From Camelus dromedarius (taxonomy: Eukaryota), in assembly GCF_036321535.1 (NCBI RefSeq), contig NC_087437.1, positions 118,732,001 through 118,796,000 on the forward strand: 64,000 nt of DNA, read 5' to 3'. The position numbers were made by a program, and so were the translations under genes. Below, piece after piece: positions 49,901 through 62,469 of this stretch (its first letter is position 1; each line of letters opens with the position of its first letter). Under the pieces are notes generated by a model. It was given only the letters and a program-made list of their open reading frames with translations, had not been told where the DNA came from and ran no database searches.

Positions 49901-52900
49901 GAGCTGCTTCCTCGGAGGTTCACCAAGGACTGAACCGTGGAGCTGGTGGTCCCCTTGCACAGACAACAGGAATGAAGGGAGAGGCATTCACACACAAGGG
50001 AACAGGCGAACAGCGCCTTTCTCAGACACTCGCCGACTCACCTCGTGGTAGGCGGTCAGGTGCTGAACGACCTCAGCTATGGAGGGGTCTTCAGTGAGGG
50101 TCGAAATAGAATGCTTTGATTTTTTGTTCTTTTCTTCTTCGGCCTCCTTCTCCCTGGCCTTCTGCAGCGCACCCCGGTACACCTTGTCCTGGCAGTAGAC
50201 GATCTGCTCCATTTGGAAGTGCAGTCGGATCACCTTCTCAGCTTCATTTTCTAGATCTAATTTAATGTCCTCAACTTTGGACTACGGCAAAAGAGAAACA
50301 TGACATTTCCCTCTGGAATGAATCAAGCGGTCGGAAGAAAATAAGTCCTCTGCAAGGGCCACCCCAGCAGGTGCCAATTTCTGCCCGATGTGGCCGGCTT
50401 CTCCAAGGTGGGCTCCCGCCCCTGGTGGAGGTCAGAATTCCCCAGGAAGCCCGAGCCGCACGGGTGACCAGACCCCTTAGCCCCAGGGCCAGGGACCAGT
50501 GCGGGCTCTGTTCTCAGGTCTCATTTCCAGCCTCCTTTCTCTTTTACAGTCTTTCCATCTGACAAGGAAGAGTGTTTTTCTACCAGAGAGCTCACAGGCA
50601 TAAGTGGGGGCCAGATTTAAATCGGGAAATCACATACATTTCATATTCTGGAGTTCAGAGAAACTGGCTGCCAGAGAGCCAGGAGGAAACCCTTCAGCCA
50701 GAAGGAATCTGGACCCACAGACTTCACTGGGTACCACTGAGGGTGATGTGTGACGCCAGGTGCATCCTAAACCTTTTCTTCTATGTTCAGTACAAACTTC
50801 TGAAGGAGGCCTTTTTTTTTTTTTTTTATAGAAGTATGGTTTGCTTACAATGTTGTGTTAATTTCTGGTGCACAACATAGTGATTCAGTTATATATATAT
50901 ACACATATTCCTTTTCATATTCTTTTTATTATAGGCTATTACAAGGGGTTGAATATAATTCCTTGTGCTACACAGTACGACTTTGACGTTTACCTATTTT
51001 CTATATAGTAGTGTGCACCTGCAAATGCTGACCTCCCAATTATCCCTGCATCCCCCGTCCCCCACCTCATAACCACAATTTTGTCTTCTATGTCTCTGGG
51101 TCTGTTTTGCTTTCTAAATAAGTTCAGTTGTCGCATTTTTTTTAGAATCTTAGATCCACGACTCTGAAAATGAAATTATTTTATTATTTTTTGTGGCTGA
51201 GTTATATTCCAACTTCTTTATCCATTATCTGTCAATGGACATTTAGGTTGCTTCCATGTCTTAGCTGTTGTAAATAGTGCTGCTGTGAACATTGGGGTGC
51301 GTGCATCTTTTCCAGTTAGAGTTCCCTCTCGATATACGCCCAGGAGTGGGATGGCTGGAGCACAGGGTAAGTCTGTTTTTGTTTTTTTATGGAAAGTCCA
51401 TACTGTTTCCCAGGAGGACTGCAGCAAACTGCACTCCCACCCGCAGTGTAGGAGGGCTACGGAAGAAGGTCATTCTTACTCCCATTTTGGGGGTGAGGAG
51501 CGTCAGGCCAGGCAGGTTAAGTGGCCCCAGGAGCTCCGGCTTGGGAAAGGCAGAGCCAGTCTTCCCCAGAGTGCGGGGTGCTGGGTGCTGGGTGCTAGGG
51601 GCACAACTTCAGTGTTGAAAGCCTCATCTGCAGTGTGAGGGCACCTGGAGGCGGGGTCTTGGGGGGTGGGTGGGTCTGGGCGGTGAGAGAGGAGCCCTGA
51701 AAATGGATGCAGCCCCTGGAAGAAGAGACACCAGAGAGCTCTCCCTCCAGCCCCCCTTGCCCCGGGGGAGGGACAGTGGGAAGGCAGCCGGCACCTGGGC
51801 CTGCCACTGCCAGGCCCTGCACGGGGAGGAGGAAGTGCGGTGGTGCCCGAGGCAGGACCAGGGACCCAGGCTCCGAGGGCAGCCGGCTCAGCTCTCCGGG
51901 CTGATTGGCGGGGGAGGGGGGCCTCGTTGCCCTTTTGCTCTCTTTCTTCATTCTTGAAACATCACTTAAAAACATTTTTTAAGGGAGTTACTGGGGTTTG
52001 ACCCAGGACAGCATGCAGGCTAAGCACAGGCTCCACCGCTGACCTCCCTCCCCACAAGGATGGCAGGTTTACCCGTGGCTGCCTCAGTGGGCCTCCGCAC
52101 TCAGGGCCACATTCTCCAGACGTGACAACGCTCTACACTCAGGACGGCTCTCTCGTGCTCCTGTGATTCAACATGTTGTTTGTGGATTCTCTTGACGCAC
52201 TGGTCACATCGTTAGAGTCACTACTGAGCTTCGCGATTTCTTTCTCCAAATACGCGATAAAGAATCAACAGTCTTAACCTAAGAAATCTCATCCCTAGTG
52301 CCAGGCCTACATTTTTTTTAATTAAAAAAAATAACGTAAGGTTGGTTTTACCTTGGCAGTTCTGTGGAGGTTGAAAAACTCGTTAAAATGTGTTTCTGAA
52401 ACATTTGTGAAGGCAAGCCGGACTATATCTGGTGAAAGAGAGACAGAGAAGCATTGCTAAGGGGTCGGGAGCTTCAGAGAGTGAGAAACGTCAGAGGGTG
52501 AAGCGGCAGGAGCAGCGCCCTCCGCCCGCCTCCCTCCAACCTCCCTTCTCTCCAAACGGGGAAGCTGAGATGTTTTACTCAAAAACTCCCTGGAGGAATT
52601 TTAAAACATAAATGTCCCCAGCATATTTACTTGGCATTAAAACATTTTAACTCAAGTATAAACAGTGGCAAAGAGTGTAATTTCTGGTAAATTACAAATA
52701 TATCAATAGTTTATAGAAAAACACATCACTCTTTTAAATACAACAATAGAATCAAAATGGCCACGTTCTTCATTTGAAAGAAATACGCAAACAAGGTCTG
52801 ATTTCAATCAGAAAGTTTACATTATTTCTTTCTATTTTTGAAACTCCTATTTCCATTTGTCTTCCTCACAGAATGTTATCTCAGTCTGATGGACAGTATC

Positions 52901-55900
52901 TTTGCGCTTGGAAATCTTCGACACCACATCACAGCTTTCCGAAACAGAAGCAGGTATCTGTGTGTATATATAGATACAAATGTTTTGACATGTTTTCTGT
53001 GACTGGAAGCCGAGAAGTGCTACAAATTCCTTCAGGACTGAATGAAGGATGCACACTTGGTCAGCACGACACAACCGCAGATTTTGCTACACAGCTCTTA
53101 AGCCTAGAGGCAGACTGTTACTAGAAATGCACCTCCTAATGGTCCGCTACGGGTCTGTCCCCACCACTAGCTGCAGGATCTATGAATGACTATGACTGTC
53201 ACTCAGCGCTAAAATGAGACAGTTGAAGCCTGAGCGAAAAAGGTGTCAGCCAAGGAGGCAACAAAGAAAAGAGACTGGCTGAGACCTTGGAAACCAAGGG
53301 GCAGAGCACGTAGGGGGAGGGCGCGGTCAGCGCTGCGGGCTGCTGCGTTTCTGCTGGAGGCGGGGGGCACAGCTTCCTACTCGTACCTGACAGCAGGGAC
53401 ACCGCCCCAGGGCCACACAGCACCTCAGAACCTCAGAAACACTCCCAGAATGAGCACCTGTTTAATCGTCAGCCTGACTTCCCAGAGATTTAAGAAACAG
53501 CGTGCACTGAGGCTGCGAAGTACGCACAGCAGCGGAGTGGAGGGAGGTGACACAGGACAAGAAGCACACTCGGCCCTTGTCCCTGGGTCCCAGCACAGGC
53601 TCCTAAGTCCCCTAGAATTTCCTGGGTGATAGGAGCATCTCTCGTTCTAATGCGGTGACTCTCGGTGGCGCTAGAGGGCTCCAGCATGGGGACAGGTCGC
53701 CAGAAGGACCAAGCCCTGGTTAGCAGCCTGGAAGATTCAGTCCGACCTCCCCCTTCTCCCCAACCTCTGGAGGGTGGGTGAGGGGCTGGGAATTGAGTTA
53801 AAAATTGATGTCGCCTCCATAAAAGCCCTTAATGACAGGGTTCAGAGAGCTTCCAGAATGCTGAGCACATCCATGTGCCAAGAGGGTGAGCTCCCCCCAA
53901 CTCCTCAGGACAGAAGCACTGCACTTGGGACCCGCCCAAACCTCACCCAATGTATCTCTTTCATCTGGAACTTTATAATATCCTTTATAATAAACTGGTA
54001 AAGGAAGCAAATCCTCTGCAACAAGCCAGTGAAGGGAAGTCGAGCGTGTTCCCGAGTCCTGTGAGCTGTTCTAGAAAATCATCAAGCCCAAGGAAGGGGT
54101 CAGGGGGACTCTGATTTACAGCTGGTCAACCAGAAGTACAGGAGCCAGCGGCTGTGCAGATGCCACCTGCAGTGGGCAGTCTCGGGGCCTGAGCCCTGAC
54201 GCTGTGGGCTCCGGGCTGACTCTGCGTGGGCAGAGCTGGAACGAGCTGTTGCACTCCCAGCTGACATCTGGAAAACTGGCTGGGTTGTTGATGCTGCTGA
54301 AAACCCCCCAAAAGGAGGCACTGGCTTGACTTTGCCCTTTCCCGGCCCTAGAAATAAGACGCCTAAAAGCAAAACCGAGAACTCACCAGTTACTCTGTGC
54401 AGCATGTCGACAGCCGGCTCTTCCAGAATCTCCACCTGCTTTTTGATGATGGTCTCAAACGTCTTGTAATTCACAAACCCCGGCAACTCTCTGCCACGAT
54501 ACTGGTTTTCAAATTGCTGGATCTGTTTACAGATATCGTCATAGCCTACAGAAGGAAAGAGGGCCTCTGGGTTATTTTACAAATATAACCTTGGGGGGTT
54601 TTGTAAACACAGGATCATTCTGCACTTTCTGAAAATACAGACGGGCAGGGAAAAAAATCACATCTGATTTTCAAATAGGCATAGAATCAGGGATTGCAGT
54701 AAAGACACAGATCCCAAGGTGACTGTCCTTAGTCATCTCCAGACGGCGAGCATACAGCCAGGCTATGACGTCAGAAAGCGGGCGGTGACTGCAGAAACTT
54801 AGCGTAAGACACATTCTTGAACAGGTATTCAAGCAGGAAATTTTGCAAATCAAATTGGATTTTCAAAAACCTGCCTCATAGAATACCATACCCTGCAGGC
54901 CCTTCAAAAGTCAGAAACGACCATGACGCCCTGTGCAGTCAGGGACGCGGCACAGCTCGCTGGGCGGGAACAGGAGCAGGCAGCGCTATGAATCCGTGGC
55001 CCTGATAGAGCTAGAGCACTGACCCGAGGCGGCGCCACTGTTTACTCTGTAAAACATTTAGGTTTTCCTTTATACATCTGGAGTTCTTTTCCCCCTCAGC
55101 AGACGAGAGTATGGAGAAACCCCACAGGGGGTGCAAATTCAGCAGGGCTCTGGTTTCTTTTCTTTGCTAAATCAAGGATGGTAACCTAGTTACCCTCTTT
55201 TGCTCAGGAGATACTTTCTCACAGGCATTTTTAAAAAACTGAGGTCAATACACAAACCATAAAATTCACACTATTAAGGTGTACGGTTTTCAGCATAGTC
55301 ACAAAGTGGTGCAACCATCGAGACCGTCTAATCCCCCAAGACTCCATCCCGCGATGGAACCCTGTACCGACCAGCAGTCCCTCCCCGTTTCCCTCTCTCC
55401 CCAGCCCCTGGAAACCACTAATCAGCTTCCCAGGTCTATGGATTCGCCTCATCTGGACGTCCATATAAGTGCAACCATGCAGCAGGCGGCTTTTTGTGCC
55501 TGACCGCTTTCACTCGGCCTGACAGACTCCAGGTTCATCCGAGGTGTAGCGCGGGCCAGTCCCTCGTGCCTTTCTAGGGGTGAATAATGTTCCACTGAGA
55601 GCTGAACTCTGTCTCCCCAGAACTCGTTTGTTGAAGACCTATCTCCTGGTGCCTCAGAATGGGATGGTACTGGGACACAGGGCCTTTAAAGAGGCAGTGA
55701 AGGTGAAATGAGACCAGGAGGGGAGCCCTCACCGGTAACACTGGTCCTAACAGCAGGAGATCAGGACACAGACACACCCAGAAGGGTGACCACGTGAGGA
55801 CAGTGGGAGAGGGCCGCCACCGGCAAGCCAAGACAGGAGGCCTCAGAAGAACCCGAACTGGTTGACACTTGATCTTGGACGTCCAGCCTCCAGCATTATG

Positions 55901-58900
55901 AGAAATTAAACTTCTGTTGCTTAAGACCCTCGGCACGACAGCCCTAGCAAATGGATACGTACCAGCAGACCACAATTTGCTTATCCATTCATCAGTTGAT
56001 GTACATATGGGTGGTTTCCATTTCTTGGCCATTATGGACAGTGCTGACAAGGACATTCAGAACGCATTTATGTGAACACACACGTCCATTCTCTGGAGGA
56101 TGGACCTACGAATGGAACCGCTGGTCATGTGGCAGCACATGCTGAGCGTCCGGAGGAACTGCTGGAAAGCTTCCCAGAGCAGCTGCACCATTATTCTTCC
56201 TCCAGCGGTGCGGGGGTTCTGCCGTCTCTAGACTCTTGTCAACACTCCCTGTCAACGTTTTGCTGACAGGCATCCGAGCAAGTGTGAGGTGGCGTCCCGC
56301 TGTGGGTTGATTTTGCATTTCTCTGCTGGATAATGAGCTTGAGCACCTTGTCATGGTCTTATTAGCCACAGGCACATCTTCTTGCTTGGAAGGATGTCTA
56401 CACCAATCCTTTGATCATCCTTAAACTGGATTGTTTGTTTTTTGTGCTTGAGCTGTAGAGCTTTTTATATACTCTGAATACATGACACTTGTCAGATGTA
56501 AAATTTGTAAATGTTCCCTCCCAACCTGTGGGTGTCTTTCCACTTCCGTGCTAGCGCTCTCTGATGCACAAATGGTTCCTATTCAGATGAATCCAAATGA
56601 TCTTTTTTTTTTTTTTTTGCTGCTCCTCTTTTAGGGGTCCCGTCTGAAGAAAAGAGAACCACTGCTGAATCCTGCTCACGAAGGTCTAATCCTATGTTTT
56701 CTTCTAAGAGTTTTACAGTCTCAGCCATACTTGTTGGTTTTTGACCCATTTTGAGTTTATCTTTTGCCTCGAGGGTGAGTTAGGGGTTTCAGTTAATTCT
56801 CTTGCATTTGGGTGCCCAGTGATACGTAACTGATCGTTGCTGGGAGGGGTTTAGCATCTAAAAACTGAGACACTAGCTCACAGGCCGCCTGCCCTACACA
56901 CTTACACCATAAAAACCTGGCTGGACAGTGCACGGGGGACCGCTGGAGGTCAAGGGCTGTCGTCGTCCTTGAACGGGGTCCCCCGGCTGACGAGAGGGCA
57001 CAGCACGCAGCAGCGAGCCGCCCTCTCTCCGCGGGTGGATTTAGCTCCTGCAAACAGCGCAGGGACCACGGAAATGGGGCAAGTGACTGCCGCGAAATGA
57101 GCTTTCCGGACTTTTCTCCCTCAAGGGCACTGTTCCTTACCCTCCCTGCCCTCTGGCAAGGAACAAAGGTGTCACCTCTGCTTTATGTAGAAACTTGCAT
57201 GATTTATCTTCCCATGTTCCTGACTCAGAGCCCAGGAGGCCTGCCAATCTGAACCTGGGGTCAGCCGAAATCAATAAGGAACACACCTGCCACCCCAAGT
57301 TGTTTGAATAAAAGCAAAGTTACTTGATATTGTCCTCAGTGGCTGATCTATGATTAGCTTCAGGCGTCTTGAAATATTAAAAGTAAACTTCAGATCACAG
57401 TGTCTACCTTTTTCAGACTCTGGAGGCTTTGATGATGCGAGGCTGGTACCTCACGTGCTGTTCTCTGTGCCTTTCATCACTGCGGCTGTGAAATCTATCA
57501 CCAAACGCCTCAGGCTTCAAGGCCTCGGTAGGTTAAGGGAGAGGGAATCGGGGCCGTTTCAGGGGCAGCCCGACTGGCAACGCAAAGAGCCTCACACCCG
57601 CGCCAGGCCCACGGGCTCTCTGCGGACGGAGGGCTGCTCTTCTGAGCGTCTCCAAGGAGACGGGCCAGGGAGGCTGCGTTTTCTCTCTGGGTGTCCTTTG
57701 AAATCGGTACTAGAGGCTTCCGGGCCAGACTCAGGGATATGAAACAGCAAATGAGACTTTCCCACTACTAACCCCTTACCGTGGCCGCCTTCACCAACGG
57801 CATCACTCCCACCCCGCCCTGGGCTCGACCCCCTTGCCAGGTCTCCCTTGTTGCCTGGGCTCACCTTTTTGGAAATGTTTTTCGATCACAGCACTCCATT
57901 TGCTGAACTCACTTCGGATTCTGGTAAACAGCCGAGACTTGTGCTCCCCCACGCATTCCTCCCCTTGAATTAAAGCTGTGATCTCCTTATTAAACGCATC
58001 AATTTTCTGTCAAGAAGAAAAACACACGGATAAGGGGAGATACTCCAAATATGAGCAAGGTGGTCTGGGGGTCGCATGCATGAAGCGGAGGGCGAGTCCC
58101 TCTTTCCTGCCTGAGGGGCTCGTGGGCGGAGGGGAGAGAAGAGGCTTTGGCAGCGGATGACCCCCTCCCGCCCTCCCTGCCTTCAGGGTCCCCCTGATGA
58201 GGAGCCAATGGCAGCAGTGGGATGGTCCCCTAAGCCCGGCCCCTTTTCGGTGCCAAAGGGGCAGAGTGACCTGGATTAGCTCTGGGGGAGTGAAGACAGA
58301 CGTGCCCGAGGAACACGACCCCTTTCCGCACAGTGACGCACGAGTCTGCAGCTTGGTCCCCTGGCAACACTCACCTCTATCAGAAGGAACATTTTTCCAC
58401 TTTCATCTTCCGGGATGTCGGAGCCACACTTCTGTAACTCCTCTGATATTTTCTGGTGACTCTCCTTTATCTGATTTTCTAACAGGGGCAGGGATTTCTG
58501 AGAACAGAAAACAACGGGAAGACACAGATGTGAGCGGGATGAGCAGAGGCCCGGGGTTCTCCTGCAGGTGCTGGACAGTGACCCAGGGCGCTCCATTCCT
58601 GGCCCCTCTAGAAGGCAGATGTTCCCAAAGGAGGGGGGCGTGGGAGCAGGAACTGCTGCCCATCAGGCCTCCCCCCTGCCCGCTCCTGTGGAAGCAGCCT
58701 CAGAGCCATGCTGCGTGCCTCCAGGTCCTGTGACAGCAACACAAGGACCACGTCCCTCTGGGAGCCTGTGGCATAAACTGTCCTCAGGGGGAGTAACAAA
58801 ACCCGTGTGTCTAGTGGGTCCTGAAAAAGTGGTCATCGGAATAATTTGAAATTCAACATTTGTAGGTTGTTGTTAACAGATTAAAAGTTATCAGGGACTT

Positions 58901-61900
58901 CTGTCTCTCATCACATGGTGACTGCACCTGCTGGCTTGCCCGCCAACCGCAAACACCTCAAACTGCTGGCCTGAGGGTCACAAGCACCCCTTTAAATGTG
59001 TCAGTGAGCGGGCAGGGGCAGGTCAGAGACAGAACTCCAAGGCCAGGTGACAGTGGGTGCCCAGTGACTCAGGTGCCAGGGTGCCGGGGGAAGGGCTAAA
59101 TGTACAGTGGGCTGCGCAAGGCGGGGAGTCCTGCATGCAGCCGGGACCCCAGCCAGCTCCGCTCTCACCGTAACGGTCAGCAAGGAACACCCCTGCCGTC
59201 CGGCCCCACTCCTGGCCTGAACGCCGGGGCTGGGAGGAGGGGAGAGAAAGTCTCCCCTGGGAATCTGTAACCACAAGCCAGCACTCAAACACATCTACAC
59301 TTTCAACGTCACACTCCCTAAAGTGTCCCCAAACTCAGGCTGAAAATCTAACGTGATTCAGAAACACTAAAGGGCCTGCCTGGGGCCTGGCAGAAACAAA
59401 CACGGTGTTCCCTGCAGAAGCCCTTTTGAACCTAGGCCCCCACAGACACCCTCAGACCAGGTTCCAGGAAAGAGAGGCTCACAGTCCCAACTCCAGCCAA
59501 GTCCCTTGGGGACGGCTGGGAGAACCCGGCTGCCGACGTTGGAATCATCCCGTGAAAAAAAAGACAGAAATACGAGCAAAGACATCGTATAAAAGGTTTG
59601 TAAATGTGAAAAAGCAAGAGACTCTGTCCAGGCAGATTTGAAAAGGACCACAGAGAAATCTCAGAAGTGGCCCACACGACCGTCACAGCGACCCCGACGC
59701 CATGACAGCGGTTGGCAGTGAGAAAGGAGCGGGTGGTGCCGTGCTCGGAGAGTCTAGTTTTCACCCAGGCCAAGTGCATCCGCACCATCAGCATCCCACT
59801 CAGCGTGTGGGTCTCTGACGGGCAACGTCCGCAACACCTGGGGAGCCCAGGCCGCATCGGGGTGCCCTGCGCCTCACTAAGGCCCCCAGGAGGTCGCAGT
59901 GAGTGACCAGCGCGGCCCAGCTTCGCGCCTGCGGGACTCTATTCAGAGAACGGGCCGCTCTGCGTGCACTTACACAGATGTGCGTGATGAGCTCTGCGGT
60001 CAGTTTCTCCGCCAGGCGGGGGACCGTGGCCCTCCCTTCCTCCAGAAGATCCCTGCAAGAGAAGACAGCGAACACGTCCACCTGGGTCCGGCCGGACGAC
60101 GCAAGCCTGCTCACTGCTGCCGGGAGAAGCCACGGCAACTCCAGGTCCTCCCCACGGGGTGCGCTGTCCTGCTGCCGGTGCCCAGGAAGTGCTCAGAACT
60201 GGGGCGCACGGAACCAGGGCTGAATTTTAGTGATGCTGGGTATTTCGAAAATGGTATAGAATGATCCCGCCCAGCTGAGACATTGACTCTGACTCAGGAC
60301 ATCGGCCTAGAGAACCGGTCTTTATAAAGATAGTGTCCTCTAGCTGTGTGTTCATAACGTGCACGCCCTTCTGTGTACACGACGCATCTCGGCCCCGGGC
60401 TTCATGAAAATGTACTGACGTGTGTTTACACAGGTGTGGGGTGCACTCTGAACGAGGGGGCGCACCTTCCCCAGGACGAGAACTGAGACCTCGGGCGCTG
60501 GGAGGGAGGAAGCCAAGCTCTCCTCTCACGCTTTCAAATCTGTGTTCACCGGCTGAGCGGTTACAGGGCTTCCTACATTTTAAAGGGCTTTTGAGGATGA
60601 AGGATTCAAGCCAGGAGGCGTGAATTTTCAGGCAGATTTGTGGTAGTACACGGACACCTCCCTTTCAGTTTCCACCCCTGTCGATTTTGTAAACTGTGTA
60701 AAAATATACATAACATAAAATCCACCATATACATAACATAAAATCCACCATTTAACCACGTGTAGGTGCACACTCAGGGGTATTAAGTGCAATTACATTG
60801 TTGTGCGACCATCACCGCCACCCACCTCCAGAACCAAATCTTCTTCCCGAACTGAAACTCTGACCCATCAGCAGCAGCTCCCCACTTCCTGCCCCCAGAC
60901 CCGGGGAACCATCCTTCCACTCTCTGTCTCTGTGACGCTGACTCCTCTAGGGACCTCGTGTGATGGAATCATACAGGGCTTGTGTTTTTGTGACTGGCTT
61001 ATTTCACTGAGCACACTGTCCCCCAGGTTCATCTGTGTCACAGCCTGTGTCAGAATTTCCTTCCTTTTTCAGGCCGAGTCCACTGTCTGGATGGACCACA
61101 TTTTGTTTCTCCAGGCATCTGTCAGCGGACACGCAGGTGGTTTCTACGCGGTAGCTATTGTGAAGAACGCTGCTGCGAACACGAGTGCACAGGTGTCTCT
61201 TCTGAAGCACGTGTCTCTGCAGGCTTCTGGGGGAGTTCAGTGCGATGCGGTGACAAAGCACGTGGGTCTCCACCCACGAGCGCATGTCTGCACACAAGGG
61301 CTCTCAGTGACTGTGTCCCTTTGTTCTCAGCATCTATATGCACCTTTGTGTTGGCATCTGATTGACACAGCTCTCGAATGCTTGCAAAGTCTGCAGTCTC
61401 TTACTCTGGTTCATGTATACAAACCCCACGATTTCCAACGTTTAGATTCCAAATTTTCATGATTAAAAACAAATCTGTGCCGAACACCCTTTAGCCTACA
61501 GGACTGCACACATCCCTGTATTTTCCTGGGTAGAATTCCCAGAAGTAGAACTCAGCCTCGAGGATACACCTGCTCAGACTGGCTCGCATGTGACCACAGC
61601 ACATGCTCCCAGTAGCAGAGGTGAAGGCCCACACCCCTCCTTTCCCATCAACTCAACATCTTCTCATTATTTCAAATCTAACCAATTTAAAAGTCTTTTT
61701 TCCTTTTTAAAAAATTTTGTTTTCGGCAATAGAGTTAGCAAGATATGGGATTATAAACTCTCCACCTCTGTTTTCCTCTGGGATGCTTAAGGTGTCTTTC
61801 TTGTATTTAATTTTAAATTTCAATTGATATTTATTTTGGATCCCATACTAAGTAGGGGCACAATAAATTTTTCCCAAATATTACACAATGATCTCAAAGC

Positions 61901-62469
61901 CACTGATGGATAAACTGCTGTAGCCCAGGGCTTTCAAATGCCACATTTATCCAAGACCAAATATATCAATCTGAGTCAATTTCTGGATTTTCCACCTATT
62001 CTGTTGCACCTACATTTATAGTCTTGTTTGAGAACTATACTATTTAAATTATGGCAGAAAGTCTCTTTCTTATTTTGAATTTTAAATTTGCCTTTTGCAA
62101 CATGTTGTCAATTCTTCCTTGAGAATTTGAAGCAAATTCTGAGGTTACTGTCCAGGAACAAACGCACACGACTACGCTCAGTATCTGCTTTTGGACGGCA
62201 TCCATCCTCCCCCCTGAGGATGGAGGTCCGTGATTTTGTTTTAGCCTCAGGAAGACACTGATGCACGTACCTGAAATGTGTGTGGTCCTCAAAGAAGGCC
62301 TGCTCCCTCTGCAGGGCCTTGGCCAGGCTCAGCCGGGCCTGGATGTCCTGCTGGCCCCGGCACTTAACGATCATGTAGCCCTTCTTCAGGTGGAAGACGA
62401 GGTTTCGTACCACGTCCACCACCTTGTCTTCAGTGCCCTTGTCCACAAGATCAGGCTTTGTCAAGATTC
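46718..62469 (-). CDS. MX1: MX1 (MxA), 3' eight coding exons, 5'-partial: complement(join(46718-46948,50042-50281,52352-52428,54387-54545,57865-58006,58375-58497,59974-60052,62271-62469))
   Basis: Exon sizes 199,79,123,142,159,77,240,231 mirror MX2; all GT-AG; open frame. MxA-diagnostic [16 protein letters not shown] and C-terminus [14 protein letters not shown]. Upstream exons not found in the window. Confidence 0.95.
47165..47269 (-). mobile_element. tRNA-derived SINE (Vic-1-like) with about 16 bp TSD
   Basis: Minus strand ggggtggtatagctcagtggtggagagcatgcttagcatacaggaggtcctgggttcagtccc + A-tail; A and B boxes; TSD ctaaatagttactttt / ctaaatggtcactttt. Confidence 0.8.
47517..47935 (+). mobile_element. 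ERV1-type LTR fragment in last MX1 intron
   Basis: tgtaa start; ...accagccaatcagaagaatgtccatgagctgatcac typical U3. Confidence 0.55.
48220..49410 (+). mobile_element. Old L1 fragments (ORF2 remnant and 3' UTR)
   Basis: gatgaaccttgagaacattatgct...gaataagccagacacc...aggacaaatactg; aaatggtaaatttcatgtg + A tail. Confidence 0.65.
49460..49575 (+). mobile_element. Degenerate copy of the same tRNA-derived SINE
   Basis: ggagggtagagctca...ggtcctggg...cccagtactgccatc + (aaat)n tail. Confidence 0.6.
49765..49865. mobile_element. MIR core
   Basis: ttttacagag.agaaa.ctgaggctcagagaggttaagcaacttg.cca.g.ccacacagc. Confidence 0.75.
50042..50281 (-). CDS. MX1: MX1 exon containing loop L4
   Basis: ccgtag|[80 protein letters not shown]|gtgagt. 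Confidence 0.96.
50812..51460 (-). mobile_element. L1 3' end with polyA tail (relatively young)
   Basis: T-run then tacaatgttgtgttaatttctggtg; peptide [11 protein letters not shown]...[19 protein letters not shown]. Confidence 0.85.
51974..52053 (-). mobile_element. Degenerate copy of the same tRNA-derived SINE
   Basis: ggagttactggggtttgacccaggac...gctaagcac.ggctccaccgctga matches 47195-47260. Confidence 0.65.
52352..52428 (-). CDS. MX1: MX1 exon
   Basis: caccag|[26 protein letters not shown]|gtaaaa. Confidence 0.95.
53545..54300. mobile_element. MER21-like LTR in MX1 intron
   Basis: Homologous to 5906-6640. Confidence 0.6.
54387..54545 (-). CDS. MX1: MX1 exon
   Basis: ctgtag|[53 protein letters not shown]|gtgagt. 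Confidence 0.96.
55228..56825 (-). mobile_element. L1M fragment interrupted by an MLT1 LTR (about 55595-55957)
   Basis: L1 3' UTR/ORF2 text on both sides; tgaataatgttccac..|..accacaatttgcttatccattcatcagttgatg rejoins across the MLT1. Confidence 0.7.
57865..58006 (-). CDS. MX1: MX1 exon
   Basis: tgacag|[47 protein letters not shown]|gtgagc. Confidence 0.95.
58375..58497 (-). CDS. MX1: MX1 exon
   Basis: tctcag|[41 protein letters not shown]|gtgagt. Confidence 0.96.
59974..60052 (-). CDS. MX1: MX1 exon
   Basis: ttgcag|[26 protein letters not shown]|gtaagt. Confidence 0.95.
60690..62150 (-). mobile_element. L1M fragments
   Basis: tttgtgactggcttatttcactgagca...aggttcatc...cagaatttccttcctttt hallmark L1 3' UTR. 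Confidence 0.7.
62271..62469 (-). CDS. MX1: MX1 exon (TKPD)
   Basis: ctgcag|[66 protein letters not shown]|gtacgt. Confidence 0.96.

Noticed and set aside
13696..62469. Mx pseudogenisation, as reported in toothed whales
   Set aside because: All visible exons of both genes are in frame with intact splice sites and GTPase motifs.
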